Shown here: positions 50,047 through 59,845 of the stretch, piece after piece | How the letters are laid out: each line of letters starts with the position of its first letter | How positions within the stretch are numbered: the stretch's first letter is position 1 | Source: Candidatus Magasanikbacteria bacterium GW2011_GWA2_56_11 | GTDB taxonomy: Bacteria > Patescibacteriota > Patescibacteriia > Magasanikbacterales > UBA922 | NCBI GenBank assembly: GCA_001004885.1 | Contig: LCRX01000006.1 | Location: 35,079 to 99,078 of the forward strand | Reading direction: 5' to 3' | Length of the DNA: 64,000 bases | Notes under the pieces: generated by a model | The model's input: the letters and a program-made list of their open reading frames with translations, nothing else | Database searches by the model: none | What the model was told of the DNA's origin: nothing | Program-made: the position numbers and the translations under genes

Positions 50047-51080
50047 AACGCAAGTTCCTGATCGCCACCTCTAACCCGGGAAAATTCAGCGAAATGCAGG
50101 CTTTTTTGGCCAGCCTACCCTTTGATTTCGTGGGTCTGCCAGATTTGCCGGCAGCTCCGCCCCCTCCCGAGGAAATCGGGCCGACGCTTGAGGACAATGC
50201 CCTGGTTAAGGCGCGCTATTATGCCCAAAAAACCGGATTAACGGCGATCGCGGATGACGCCGGTCTGTTCGTTGAGGCTCTTGGCGGCTGGCCCGGAGTT
50301 AAAAGCGCGCGTTTTGCGCCGACCAACGAGGAGCGCCTGGAGATTATGAGGCAGAAAGCTGCCGCCCTAATAGAAAGCGAACGTTCCGCATTATTCCGCG
50401 CGGCCGTCGCTGTGGTAGACCCGGCAACGGGTACGTCGTTCGTGGCGTCCGGGGAAACTCAGGGCACGATTATTCCCGAAGGGCGGGGAACGCCCCGGTT
50501 CGGTTACGAATCGGTTTTTGAAGTGGCGGCGCTCCGCAAAACTTACGCCGAACTTTCGCTGGCGGAGAAAAACGGTGTCAGCCACCGCGGCCGGGCCTTG
50601 ATCAAGATTAAATATCATCTTTCAAATACCTACGGCTCAAAACATATTGTCGTGCCGTACGCCCTTATAGTAAAGGACGGCCAGGTGCTGATGAATCGCC
50701 GGAATGAGCCGCACCGCCAGGAGTTTCACGGCAAGTGGGAGTTTCCCGGCGGTAAGGTGGAGTTTGGAGAGACCATGCACGGCAATTTGAAGCGCGAAGT
50801 ATTCGAGGAAGTCGGCTACCAGGTGGAGATCGTAAAGGCGCTCCAGCACATTGCCGTCGAAAGCCAAGCCTATCCTACTTTCAGTTATCAAGTTTTTCTC
50901 GTGCCGTATGTCTGCCGCGTGGTCGGGGGAGAGGTCAAGCTAAGCGACAGCGAGGTGCTCGAGACCGGCTGGTTTGATCCGGATCGGGCGCTCGACTACG
51001 AGATGATCGGCAAAAATGACAGTATGTACCGGCAGATACTGCCCGAATTTAAGGAAATTATCGCCGCCTATAATCTTTAG
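50043..51080 (+). CDS. rdgB: RdgB/HAM1 non-canonical NTP pyrophosphatase fused to a C-terminal NUDIX hydrolase
   Basis: Ham1 fold (LIATSNPGKFSEM ... DDAGL ... GFGYESVF), followed by the NUDIX box GKVEFGETMHGNLKREVFEEVGY. Confidence 0.8.
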   Translation: MKRKFLIATSNPGKFSEMQAFLASLPFDFVGLPDLPAAPPPPEEIGPTLEDNALVKARYYAQKTGLTAIADDAGLFVEALGGWPGVKSARFAPTNEERLEIMRQKAAALIESERSALFRAAVAVVDPATGTSFVASGETQGTIIPEGRGTPRFGYESVFEVAALRKTYAELSLAEKNGVSHRGRALIKIKYHLSNTYGSKHIVVPYALIVKDGQVLMNRRNEPHRQEFHGKWEFPGGKVEFGETMHGNLKREVFEEVGYQVEIVKALQHIAVESQAYPTFSYQVFLVPYVCRVVGGEVKLSDSEVLETGWFDPDRALDYEMIGKNDSMYRQILPEFKEIIAAYNL

Positions 51081-51088
51081 GAACGTGT

Positions 51089-52330
51089 ATGCTCGACATA
51101 AAATATATCCGCGGCCACGCCGCCGAGATCAAGGAAAATTGCGCCCGGCGTCGCGTCCAGGCGGACATTGACCGTCTTCTCGAGCTTGATGAAAAGCGGC
51201 GCGGCGAACTTCAGGATATCGAAAAGCTGCGCGCCGAGCGCAATCAGGGCTCCAAGGGCAAGCCGGACCCGGACGAAATCTCCCGCCTGCGCGAAATCGG
51301 AGAACAGATCAAGGACCTCGAAGCCGGCTTGGTTCCGGTTGAAGCGGAGTTTACGGAATTGATGGCCCAGATTCCGAATTTGACCCACCCCGAATCGCCC
51401 GTGGGCGGCGAGGATGATTACCGCGTTGTGGCCACTGCCGGCGAGCCGCCCCAGTTCGGTTTCGCGCCCCAGGACCACGAAACTCTCCTGACCGCGCTTG
51501 ACCTGGTGGATTTCGAGCGCGGAGCCAAAGTGGCCGCGGCAAAGTTTTATTTTTACAAAAATGACATGGTCCGCCTCAACCAGGCGCTCCTGAACTACGG
51601 CATAGATATAGTTACGGCTCACGGCTTTACCCTCATGGAGACTCCGGACGTCGCCAAGAACCAGGTACTCTCGGGGATCGGCTTCAACCCGCGCGGGCAG
51701 GAAACACAGGTATACTCCATCGAAAATACCGACTTGAGTCTCATCGGCACGGCCGAGATTACCGTCGGCGGCTATCATGCCGACGAAATTCTGGATTTAA
51801 GCGCCGGGCCGAAGAAATACGTCGCCCTATCACACTGCTTCCGCACCGAGGCCGGCGCCTACGGCCGCGAGAGCAAGGGTTTGTACCGTGTCCATCAGTT
51901 TACCAAACTCGAGATGTTTATCTATTGCCGACCGGAGGAGAGCGAGGCGCGGCATCAGGAATTATTGGCGATTGAGCGGGAGATCTGCGATCGCCTGGAG
52001 CTGCCGTACCGCGTGATTGACATCGCCGCCGGCGATCTCGGCGGCCCGGCCTACCGCAAGTTCGACATTGAGGCCTGGATGACCATGAAAAACGATTACG
52101 GCGAGATTACGAGCGCCAGCAACTGCACCGACTACCAGGCGCGGCGGCTGAATATCCGCTATCGCACCGCTGCCGGAGAAACTGAATTCGTGCATACCCT
52201 GAACGGCACCGCCGTGGTGCTGAGCCGTTTCCCGATCGCCATTGTCGAAAATTACCAGCAGGCCGACGGCACGATCCGGGTGCCGGAGGTGCTGGTCAAA
52301 TACCTGGGTAAAAAAGTGATCGGAGTTTAA
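51089..52330 (+). CDS. serS: seryl-tRNA synthetase
   Basis: N-terminal coiled-coil arm and class II motifs (FRTEAGAYGRESKGLYRVHQF; GTAVVLSRFPIA). Confidence 0.9.
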   Translation: MLDIKYIRGHAAEIKENCARRRVQADIDRLLELDEKRRGELQDIEKLRAERNQGSKGKPDPDEISRLREIGEQIKDLEAGLVPVEAEFTELMAQIPNLTHPESPVGGEDDYRVVATAGEPPQFGFAPQDHETLLTALDLVDFERGAKVAAAKFYFYKNDMVRLNQALLNYGIDIVTAHGFTLMETPDVAKNQVLSGIGFNPRGQETQVYSIENTDLSLIGTAEITVGGYHADEILDLSAGPKKYVALSHCFRTEAGAYGRESKGLYRVHQFTKLEMFIYCRPEESEARHQELLAIEREICDRLELPYRVIDIAAGDLGGPAYRKFDIEAWMTMKNDYGEITSASNCTDYQARRLNIRYRTAAGETEFVHTLNGTAVVLSRFPIAIVENYQQADGTIRVPEVLVKYLGKKVIGV

Positions 52331-52331
52331 T

Positions 52332-52628
52332 ATGATGGTCGATTGGCTAGGGTACTTTGCCGGTTCCTTGGTCGTTCTCTCTTTAATTCCGCAGATTGTC
52401 AAAAGCTGGAAAACAAAATCGGCCGGCGATTTGTCATTGCCACGCTACGTTATGTACATGATTGGCGTGGCTTTATGGGTCACCTATGGGTTTTTGGTAG
52501 ACAATGGTCCGATCGCGTACATGAACGGAGTCGCCTTTGTTTTGGCGCTTTGCGTGGTCTACCTAAAGATCAAGTATGGGCTATCAGCCAGTAGGTCTGT
52601 TCCCCCTAATAGGGAAGAGCGGCGCTGA
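52332..52628 (+). CDS. SemiSWEET / PQ-loop sugar transporter (3-TM)
   Basis: LSLIPQIVKSWKTKSAGDLSL PQ-loop motif and three TM helices; about 90 aa of core. Confidence 0.65.
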   Translation: MMVDWLGYFAGSLVVLSLIPQIVKSWKTKSAGDLSLPRYVMYMIGVALWVTYGFLVDNGPIAYMNGVAFVLALCVVYLKIKYGLSASRSVPPNREERR

Positions 52629-52686
52629 TTTCTTTCAGGAAATGCTATTTTTTTAAAGCGTGGCGGTTTTTTAGGACTCGACGACT

Positions 52687-53403
52687 ATGCTTACCAGGCC
52701 GACCTTAATTATCCTCCCCGGCTGGGGCGGTACCAAAGAAAGCTGGCAGAAGTTCATTGATCTTGCCCGGAGCAACTACGAGGTGGTTTGTCTGGAGCTG
52801 CCGTGTTTTGGCGGCGAGCCCTGCCCGCCGCAAGTCTGGGGGGTAGAGGAGTACGCCAACTTTGTTAAAAACAAACTTTCTGGATTTTCGCCGCCAAATA
52901 CCGTCATTCTCGGTCATTCCTTCGGGGGACAGGTGGCGGCCTGCCTGATTGGCGCGAACCCGCATCTTTGTGCTAAACTAATACTGTCGGGTGCCGCTGT
53001 TTACCGTCGCCAAATAAGCCTTAAACAGCTTATTTTTTGGCCCTTGGCCAAGGTCGGCGGGCGGCTGTTTTGCCTGCCGGGCCTCAGACGACTGTCTTCC
53101 GCGGCCCGCCGGGTATTGTATCTGGCGGCCGACTCCCCGGATTACAGCAAAACCAGCGGCATAGAGCGGGAAATTTTTAAACGTATTACGAAGCAAGATG
53201 TGTCCGGTTATCTTCCGGGGATCACGGTTCCGACCCTTGTGGTTTGGGGACAGAAGGACGCTTACGTTCCTCTGTCGGCCGGCAGGCGGATCGCGCGTTG
53301 CATTCCCGGAGCCAGGCTGGAAGTAGTCCCTGGTGGCCGGCACGGCCTGCATATCCAAAAGCCCCAGGAATTACTTGAAATAATCAAAAGTTTCACCCCT
53401 TAA
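52687..53403 (+). CDS. alpha/beta hydrolase
   Basis: GHSFGG nucleophile elbow, with a C-terminal D...H pair. Confidence 0.7.
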   Translation: MLTRPTLIILPGWGGTKESWQKFIDLARSNYEVVCLELPCFGGEPCPPQVWGVEEYANFVKNKLSGFSPPNTVILGHSFGGQVAACLIGANPHLCAKLILSGAAVYRRQISLKQLIFWPLAKVGGRLFCLPGLRRLSSAARRVLYLAADSPDYSKTSGIEREIFKRITKQDVSGYLPGITVPTLVVWGQKDAYVPLSAGRRIARCIPGARLEVVPGGRHGLHIQKPQELLEIIKSFTP

Positions 53404-53425
53404 TAACTGCCTTTACCCGGGTGCC

Positions 53426-55027
53426 ATGTTCACCGCCTTAAATTTAGCCATCGTTTCTCTGTGGTTTTTGAGCGCTGCCGTGGACTACGCCGAGTTTTGT
53501 TATCTCTGGCAACTCAAAGAATACCGCCTCGACCGTCTGCGGGATTTTTTTTCCACCAAGCAGGGGCAGCGATACTGGCTGCGATACCAGTTGTTGTGGC
53601 GCTCGCTGGCCGTGCTGGTGATCTTTTTTTGGCCTTTCAACCAGGTGATCACCCTCAAGTATATCTTGCTTTTGGGTTTTTTGGCCGAATTAATCTATAA
53701 CGCCTGGCGTTTATACCGCGGACGCATCCGTTACCCCCGGCCGACCGCGAAGGCGTTCGGCATCGTGGCCGCCGCTTTGCTGCTTGAGGCTCTACTCGCG
53801 GTGAACGATCGCGACTGGGCGCAGACGCTGGTTTTGGTGATCGTTCGGTTTCCGTTGCTGTCGTTTACAGTCATTGTGTTCAACAAAGTTACCGGCCGGG
53901 TAAAAGACTGGTACATCGCCCGCGCCGCCAAAAAAATTCGTTCCTACCCGCACCTTATTGTCATCGGCGTAACCGGCAGTTACGGCAAGTCCACGGTTAA
54001 GGAGTTTTTGAGCCAGATCCTGGCCCAGAAATACAGCCTCGTAAAAACGCCGCGCAACACCAACACCGACATTGGCATTGCCCAGTTTATCCTGCGCACT
54101 TCGTTTTCCGGAGTACAGGTATTCGTGGTTGAGATGGGGGCTTACCGCGTCGGAGAAATCAAAAAAATTTGCGACATGGTCCGTCCGAAAGTCGGTATTT
54201 TAACGGCGATAATCGAACAGCACCTGTCGCTGTTTGGCTCGATACAAAATATCCAGACAGCCAAGTACGAGCTTTTGCGCTCGCTGCCCGCGGACGGCCT
54301 GGCGGTCGTGTACGCCGATAACCCTTTTTGCACTGAATTTTTAGGCGATCTCACCTGCCGGCGCGTCGAGACTTACGGACTCGATCCGGATAACAAGCCG
54401 AGCTTATTGATCACAAATATAAAGTCGGGTTTGGACGGTTTGCGCTGCTCGGGCGTTTATCTGGGTTTTGAAGGAGAGATGCAGGCGCCGGTCTTGGGGG
54501 CGCACCAGGCGCTAAATATCGCGCCGGCCACCATGGTGGCGGTTTACTTAGGCCTGACGCGCGAGCAGGTTTACGCCGGTTACCGCACGCTCAAAGCCGG
54601 AGAGAACAGCCTGAAGATTTATCGCTACGGCAGCGCCGACGTCATTGACGATTCTTACAATTCAAACCCGGTCGGCTTTAAGGCCGCGCTCGACATTATG
54701 GCCAAATTTCCTTCGGAGCGCGAGCGGGTGGTCGTCACTCGCGGCATGCTTGAGTTGGGAGAAAAGACCGAAGAATACCACGAAGTCATGGCGGAAGAAA
54801 TCGCCTTTACCGCCGATAAACTGGTGCTCATCACGCCGGATTTCACCGCCGCCATCCGGCGGGGCATCGAGAAGATAAACGGCAAGTACCGTCTGGAAAT
54901 AATCGAAAAGTACGATTCGCGGGAACTCTGCGATTACCTCAAGCAATATAAAAACAAACCGGCGGTGATACTGCTCGAAAATCGGGTTCCCAAATTGGCG
55001 CGGTCGGAATTAAAGAGCGGACTCTAG
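53426..55027 (+). CDS. murF: MurF-type Mur ligase with an N-terminal ~170-aa membrane domain
   Basis: GVTGSYGKSTVKE P-loop and the DDSYNSNP MurF C-terminal motif. The first ~170 aa form 4-5 TM helices. Confidence 0.7.
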   Translation: MFTALNLAIVSLWFLSAAVDYAEFCYLWQLKEYRLDRLRDFFSTKQGQRYWLRYQLLWRSLAVLVIFFWPFNQVITLKYILLLGFLAELIYNAWRLYRGRIRYPRPTAKAFGIVAAALLLEALLAVNDRDWAQTLVLVIVRFPLLSFTVIVFNKVTGRVKDWYIARAAKKIRSYPHLIVIGVTGSYGKSTVKEFLSQILAQKYSLVKTPRNTNTDIGIAQFILRTSFSGVQVFVVEMGAYRVGEIKKICDMVRPKVGILTAIIEQHLSLFGSIQNIQTAKYELLRSLPADGLAVVYADNPFCTEFLGDLTCRRVETYGLDPDNKPSLLITNIKSGLDGLRCSGVYLGFEGEMQAPVLGAHQALNIAPATMVAVYLGLTREQVYAGYRTLKAGENSLKIYRYGSADVIDDSYNSNPVGFKAALDIMAKFPSERERVVVTRGMLELGEKTEEYHEVMAEEIAFTADKLVLITPDFTAAIRRGIEKINGKYRLEIIEKYDSRELCDYLKQYKNKPAVILLENRVPKLARSELKSGL

Positions 55028-55028
55028 T

Positions 55029-56270
55029 ATGCGCCAGGTGATTTTTACCGGCTTTTCCCCCAATTTGACCTGGCGCGACGTAAAAACCGCCGGTGTTTTT
55101 TTGCTCCACCCGCTGCGCTGGAAAAATTTGAATCGCGGGGTCGCCGTGGAAGCGGCCGAGAACAAACTTAGCGCTTATTTCGGATTTCCGGTGGTTACTT
55201 TTGACAGCGGCCGCTCTGCCCTGTACTTCGCCTTGCGGGCGCTGGGGGTGGGGGATGGAGACGAGGTGCTGGTCCAGGCCTACACGTGCGTGGTGGTAAT
55301 AAACGCTATTCGGTTTGCCGGCGCGCGTCCGGTGTACGTGGACATTAAAGACGATTTCACCATGGACCCGGATGACGCTCGGCGCAAGCTTACCGGCCGC
55401 GCCCGGGCGCTAATTATCCAGCATACGTTCGGACAGGGCGCCGATCTGACCGCTCTGCTGGCACTCGCCCGCGCACAGGGACTGGGCGTGGTGGAGGATG
55501 CGGCCCACTCGTTTGGGGCGCGCTACCAGGGAAAGCTCGCCGGGACCTGGGGGGACATTGGCATGCTTAGCTTTGGATCAGACAAGGTGTTGTCGTCGGT
55601 TAGGGGCGGGGCGCTGGTAGTAGTAAATGCCAAACTGCTTGACCGGGTGCGCGGCTGGCAAGAAAAATTGCCGGCTATGCCGATAGCTGTAGTTCTGCAG
55701 CATCTGCTGCATTTGCCGTTTTTTTGGTGGGGCAAAAGGTGGTATGGGTACGGTATCGGGAAGTGGTTTTTGTATGCCGCCAAAAAGCTCAATCTAACCA
55801 ATAAAATAATTTATCCGGCGGAGAAACGGGGAGAAGCCGTATCTTTTTTCCCCTCACGGCTGCCCAATGCGCTGGCCTGTCTGCTTTTGCCCCAGATCAA
55901 TGATGCGGCCGCGGTCAATGAACACCGGCGGGGGATAGCGGCCATCTATCGTCGGCAGATAACTAATCCGCTCGCGATTCACCCGCCCGAAGATGAGTCT
56001 TCGGTGTATTTGCGCTATACGATACGCTTGCCTGCCGGCGCCGACCCTCTGGTCCGGTTCGCCAAAGAGCGGGGGATACTCCTTGGCGACTGGTACACGG
56101 CTGTCATCGCCCCCGCCGACAGCGACCAGGCAGCGGCTGGTTACGCCGAGGGCAGCTGTCCGGCAGCGGAGCGATTGGCGCCACAGTCAGTCAACCTGCC
56201 GACCGACCGGCTTATCACCGAGTCGGCGGCGAGCTTTATTTCGGCTATTGTCAACTCTTATGGAGCTTGA
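55029..56270 (+). CDS. DegT/DnrJ/EryC1/StrS PLP-dependent aminotransferase
   Basis: GDEVLVQAYTCVV ... FGSDKVLSS, which contains the PLP-binding lysine. Confidence 0.75.
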   Translation: MRQVIFTGFSPNLTWRDVKTAGVFLLHPLRWKNLNRGVAVEAAENKLSAYFGFPVVTFDSGRSALYFALRALGVGDGDEVLVQAYTCVVVINAIRFAGARPVYVDIKDDFTMDPDDARRKLTGRARALIIQHTFGQGADLTALLALARAQGLGVVEDAAHSFGARYQGKLAGTWGDIGMLSFGSDKVLSSVRGGALVVVNAKLLDRVRGWQEKLPAMPIAVVLQHLLHLPFFWWGKRWYGYGIGKWFLYAAKKLNLTNKIIYPAEKRGEAVSFFPSRLPNALACLLLPQINDAAAVNEHRRGIAAIYRRQITNPLAIHPPEDESSVYLRYTIRLPAGADPLVRFAKERGILLGDWYTAVIAPADSDQAAAGYAEGSCPAAERLAPQSVNLPTDRLITESAASFISAIVNSYGA

Positions 56271-57303
56271 AGTCAGAGAGATAAAAGACCGCTCTGTTTG
56301 GGAGGCATTCGTTCGCCAGCGGGCGCACACATTATTTGTTCAATCATGGAGTTACGGCGAATTTTACCGTTCCCTGGGGGAGAACTTTTGGGTTTACGGC
56401 GTTTATAGCGGCGAAGACCTGCTCGGCGGTTCCCTGGTCGTAAGCGTCCATGCGCGGCGCGGCAGCTTTCTCTATCTGCCCTACGGACCCCTCCTGGCCG
56501 GGGATGCTGGCAACCCCGAGAGCGCGGCAATCTTTCGGGCGCTGTTCGACTATCTGGCAGACTGGGCGCGCTTTCATTCATACAGCTTTATCCGGGTGAG
56601 TCCTTTTTTTGATGATACCCCGGCCCTGCGGTCGGTTTTTGGAAAACTGGGATTCCACAACGCGCCCATGCACATTCTGGCCGAGCACACTTGGCTCCTA
56701 AATTTGGAACCTGCCGAGGAAGACCTCCTGGCCCGGATGGATAAAACGCACCGCCAGCTTATACGCCGCTGTGAGAACGAAGGGGTGAGAGCGGTTATGG
56801 AAACCGGCGCGGGGGCTGTTGGTGATTTTAACCGTCTCCATGACCAAACTGCCCGGCGGCACAATTTTCACCGCTTCTCTGACGGTTATGTGCTGAAGGA
56901 ATTTGGCGCTTTCGCTCCGCAGAACGAGGCGCTTGTCATCCACGGTTATTTGCCCGACGGATCGCTCGACGCTTCCGGAGTATTCATGTATTACGGCTCG
57001 ATGGCTGCCTACCGTCACGGGGCTTCTCTCATGGCCAACAAACGGCTGCCGAGCTCATATCTGGTGCAATGGGAGGCCATCCGCGAGGCTAAACGGCGCG
57101 GGTTTAAATGGTACAATTTTTGGGGCGTTGCCCCTGACGCCGCGCCGAAGAGCCATCCGTTCAAAGGCATAACACACTTTAAAAAGGGCTTCGGCGGCAG
57201 CGGCAAAGATCTGCTGCCCTGCCAGGATTTACCGGTGTCCTGGCGTTATTGGATAAACTGGACAGTCGAGAAAGTCCGCCGCGTGAAGCGGGGATTCGCC
57301 TGA
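56260..57303 (+). CDS. FemAB-family peptidyltransferase (peptidoglycan cross-bridge or lipid II aminoacyl transferase)
   Basis: 347 aa from the internal ATG. It shows the two tandem GNAT-like halves typical of FemAB/FemX. The ORF-track start at 55993 overlaps the preceding gene. Confidence 0.6.
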   Translation: MELEVREIKDRSVWEAFVRQRAHTLFVQSWSYGEFYRSLGENFWVYGVYSGEDLLGGSLVVSVHARRGSFLYLPYGPLLAGDAGNPESAAIFRALFDYLADWARFHSYSFIRVSPFFDDTPALRSVFGKLGFHNAPMHILAEHTWLLNLEPAEEDLLARMDKTHRQLIRRCENEGVRAVMETGAGAVGDFNRLHDQTARRHNFHRFSDGYVLKEFGAFAPQNEALVIHGYLPDGSLDASGVFMYYGSMAAYRHGASLMANKRLPSSYLVQWEAIREAKRRGFKWYNFWGVAPDAAPKSHPFKGITHFKKGFGGSGKDLLPCQDLPVSWRYWINWTVEKVRRVKRGFA

Positions 57304-57364
57304 CCTGCCGCGGCCGGCCGTGGGTCTCTCAGGGCCAAGCGCAGGGGTTTCGTTTTCACTCCGT

Positions 57365-58387
57365 ATGGGTCCGATCAATCGCTACCGAATGAAGCGTGCC
57401 TGGGGGCGCCGGTTCGAACGCGCGACGCATAACGTCCGCTCCTTTTCATTTACCGGGAGCCGCCGCGCGGTGCGCGGCCGTGATTTTTCCTGGCAAGGCA
57501 GGCGGCCGAATCCTTATGCGCGGCGCTCCACTGACTGGAAATTTCGCCTGAAAATTTCGCTCTTGTCCGCGTTGCTTTTTAGCTTCGCGGCTCTGGTGAT
57601 TTACCATCCGCGGTTTCAGGTTTCGACTGTCGAGCTTAGCGGCCTTAAGCGCGCCAAGGAAGAAGAAATGCGCCCGATCGTAACGGGCATTATCCGCCAT
57701 AAAGCGTGGTTTATTTTTCCCGGCGAAAGTTATCTCTTTGTCGATTTGGCGGAAATTGAAGACATTTTGACGGATCGTTTCCCTGTGCGATCAGTTTCCG
57801 TTACCAAGCATTTTCCGGATAAAATCTCGATTGCCGTCGAGGAAAAATTGCCCGCGATGATTTTTGATAACGGACAACACTATAGCTACTTGGATGCCGA
57901 GGGTAAACTCATAGAGACAGTCCGCGCCGTGGCCGACTATGAGTGGAAAATCACCACCAGAACGGTTACCAGCACCGCCAGCGACGGCCGGGAGACGAGC
58001 CAGGAAGAAGTGGTCGAGCGTTCGCACCGCCCCGACGCCAAGCTGATAGCGTCCGAGCTGGGATCCTGGCCGCTGGTTTACGACGCGCAGGGAAAGGACC
58101 TGGCCGTTAACGGTCCGGTCCTTGATCCTCAACTTGTGAGTTATATTGCCGATTGGCAGGCGTTTTTGACGCGTTCAACCGACATTTTGCCGTCTTATTT
58201 CATTATGGATTCGGAGTTCTCGGATATTATCATCAAAACCGTGGAGGGCTGGGAAATCAAGGCTAGGCGCCGCCCGGAGGGCAGAGGTGAATTCAACGAA
58301 CTTTTAACTGCGCTGCGGGATACAATTGACCGTCGGAATCTGAGCTACATTGACGTGCGCTACCAGGGGAGAGTGTACTGGCAATAA
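57365..58387 (+). CDS. ftsQ: FtsQ/DivIB-like cell division protein (TM plus POTRA)
   Basis: Single TM helix (ISLLSALLFSFAALVIY), then a POTRA-like VSTVELSGL...FPVRSVSVTKHFPDKISIAVEEK. The start is uncertain. Confidence 0.6.
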   Translation: MGPINRYRMKRAWGRRFERATHNVRSFSFTGSRRAVRGRDFSWQGRRPNPYARRSTDWKFRLKISLLSALLFSFAALVIYHPRFQVSTVELSGLKRAKEEEMRPIVTGIIRHKAWFIFPGESYLFVDLAEIEDILTDRFPVRSVSVTKHFPDKISIAVEEKLPAMIFDNGQHYSYLDAEGKLIETVRAVADYEWKITTRTVTSTASDGRETSQEEVVERSHRPDAKLIASELGSWPLVYDAQGKDLAVNGPVLDPQLVSYIADWQAFLTRSTDILPSYFIMDSEFSDIIIKTVEGWEIKARRRPEGRGEFNELLTALRDTIDRRNLSYIDVRYQGRVYWQ

Positions 58388-58459
58388 CGCCGCTGGTATC
58401 GGTAATTCTTTGGCGACAAAAGTAACTCTGTGCCGGCCTCTCTTTTTGTAAAAGCACTT

Positions 58460-58485
58460 CTGCCCTCGGGCAGATTTTGTTTATT
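58460..58485 (+). terminator. terminator-like hairpin after ftsQ
   Basis: CTGCCCTCGGGCAG followed by ATTTTGTTTATT. Confidence 0.4.
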
Positions 58486-58934
58486 CCCGGAAGGGGGGAG
58501 GGCGTTTTTGGATGTTGGGAGGGGCGTGGGGCGCTGTTAATTGTGAGTCGCACAATGTATCTTATACGACATTAACGCAAGGTGAAAAGAAGACAAACTG
58601 CCGGCCTTGGCTACGGTTTGTTAGCTTTTAGCCGCGAGCTAAATACGGCGGACCCGCGTAAACTATTCGTATTAGGTTTATCTTCCTTACTAGACGCCAA
58701 TCTTACCGCTCCGGTGTTTTACTGTACTCATCGGGACGCTACCCTCGCCTCGTTGGCCACGCCCGTAGCTCCGGATATTTTGCGACACTACAAAAAAGCC
58801 GGGCGCGCAAGCTGGTGTTACTTAATGTCGTTTTTCCTTCGGTTTTTTAGTCCGGGATATGTTTTTTGTTATTCTTTAGCCCCGGCGCTTATGCCTTCTG
58901 GCGCGGGTTGCGCCTTGAGGGCAAAATTTAGCCT

Positions 58935-58961
58935 GGCAGGCGCGCCTGCCAAGGTTTTTTT
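58935..58961 (+). terminator. rho-independent terminator (palindromic; may serve both strands)
   Basis: GGCAGGCGCGCCTGCC followed by AAGGTTTTTTT. Confidence 0.55.
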
Positions 58962-59023
58962 AACTCCAGGCGGCCCTACCCCCCCCTCGCAGGCTGTTCT
59001 TCCCCGGACTTTAACCGGCGGTT

Positions 59024-59845
59024 TTATTCATTTTGCGACGCAATATCTAGCTGGATGGCGTATTCTACCGGTTTGTTCTCCCACTCGTCCAGCAGATATT
59101 TTACCGAATGCGCGCCGATGGCAAAACGGCCCTGGCCTGGCTCCCAGACGGAGTACGACAGGAGCGCTTGATATTTACTCGCTTGTTCTCTGGCGGATAG
59201 AAAAGACGGCGCGGCCGGTTTCTCCTTGTCGGTATAGAAACGTTTATCGGTAATACCGGATAAATGGCGCAAGGCTTCGCCCAGGGCCAAGTGGTCTGGA
59301 TTAAGGTGCTGGCTCTCCCCTTTTCTCGACCCAAGCGTGATGTAAGTGCCGTCGCCGAACAGTCGGTAAAATCGCCCGATTATCTCGGCGCTCAATTCGG
59401 CCGTGAGCCGACCGTCACGGTAGCGCGGATAATCGCTGCCCGCGGCGCCGCCCGGATTGGCAAAGTGAATATTCTGCGGAAGCACGCCGAGTTTGAGCAT
59501 GGAATCTTTGAATTCCCGGTTTCTGGCGGCGCTAAATTCGCGCCCGTCCAAAGGGGCGTACCCTTCGCGTTCCGGCGAATGAAAGCGTCCGTGATAGAGA
59601 CAGAAGGCGGGTTGGCCGCGTTCATCCCGGCCGTTTAACATCGCCCGCACACTCGAGGCGCCGCCGTCGCTTGCCATCACCGCGTGGACCACCCGTCCTT
59701 CTTGTATAAATCGGCTGATGCTGCCGGCCAAGAACATTTCATCGTCCTGGTGGGGCAGGAAAAAGATCACGGGCGTCTCCGGAGGCATTTTTTTGAGCGC
59801 CGGCGCGGTTTCATCCCCCGGCAGTTTTGGCCAGCCAAAAAACAC
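59024..59845 (-). CDS. PIG-L/LmbE family N-acetylglucosaminyl deacetylase, probably secreted or a lipoprotein
   Basis: FFLPHQDDEMFLAG matches the HxDDE zinc motif. The frame stays open upstream and encodes an LKRSLLFLILLAAAAGC signal/lipobox-like segment, so the true start is unresolved. Confidence 0.65.
   Translation of the reverse strand: MFFGWPKLPGDETAPALKKMPPETPVIFFLPHQDDEMFLAGSISRFIQEGRVVHAVMASDGGASSVRAMLNGRDERGQPAFCLYHGRFHSPEREGYAPLDGREFSAARNREFKDSMLKLGVLPQNIHFANPGGAAGSDYPRYRDGRLTAELSAEIIGRFYRLFGDGTYITLGSRKGESQHLNPDHLALGEALRHLSGITDKRFYTDKEKPAAPSFLSAREQASKYQALLSYSVWEPGQGRFAIGAHSVKYLLDEWENKPVEYAIQLDIASQNE

Noticed and set aside
58582-59253. 223-aa + strand ORF downstream of ftsQ.
   Set aside because: The translation is low-complexity. 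The ORF reads through a strong terminator and overlaps the convergent PIG-L gene by 230 nt.
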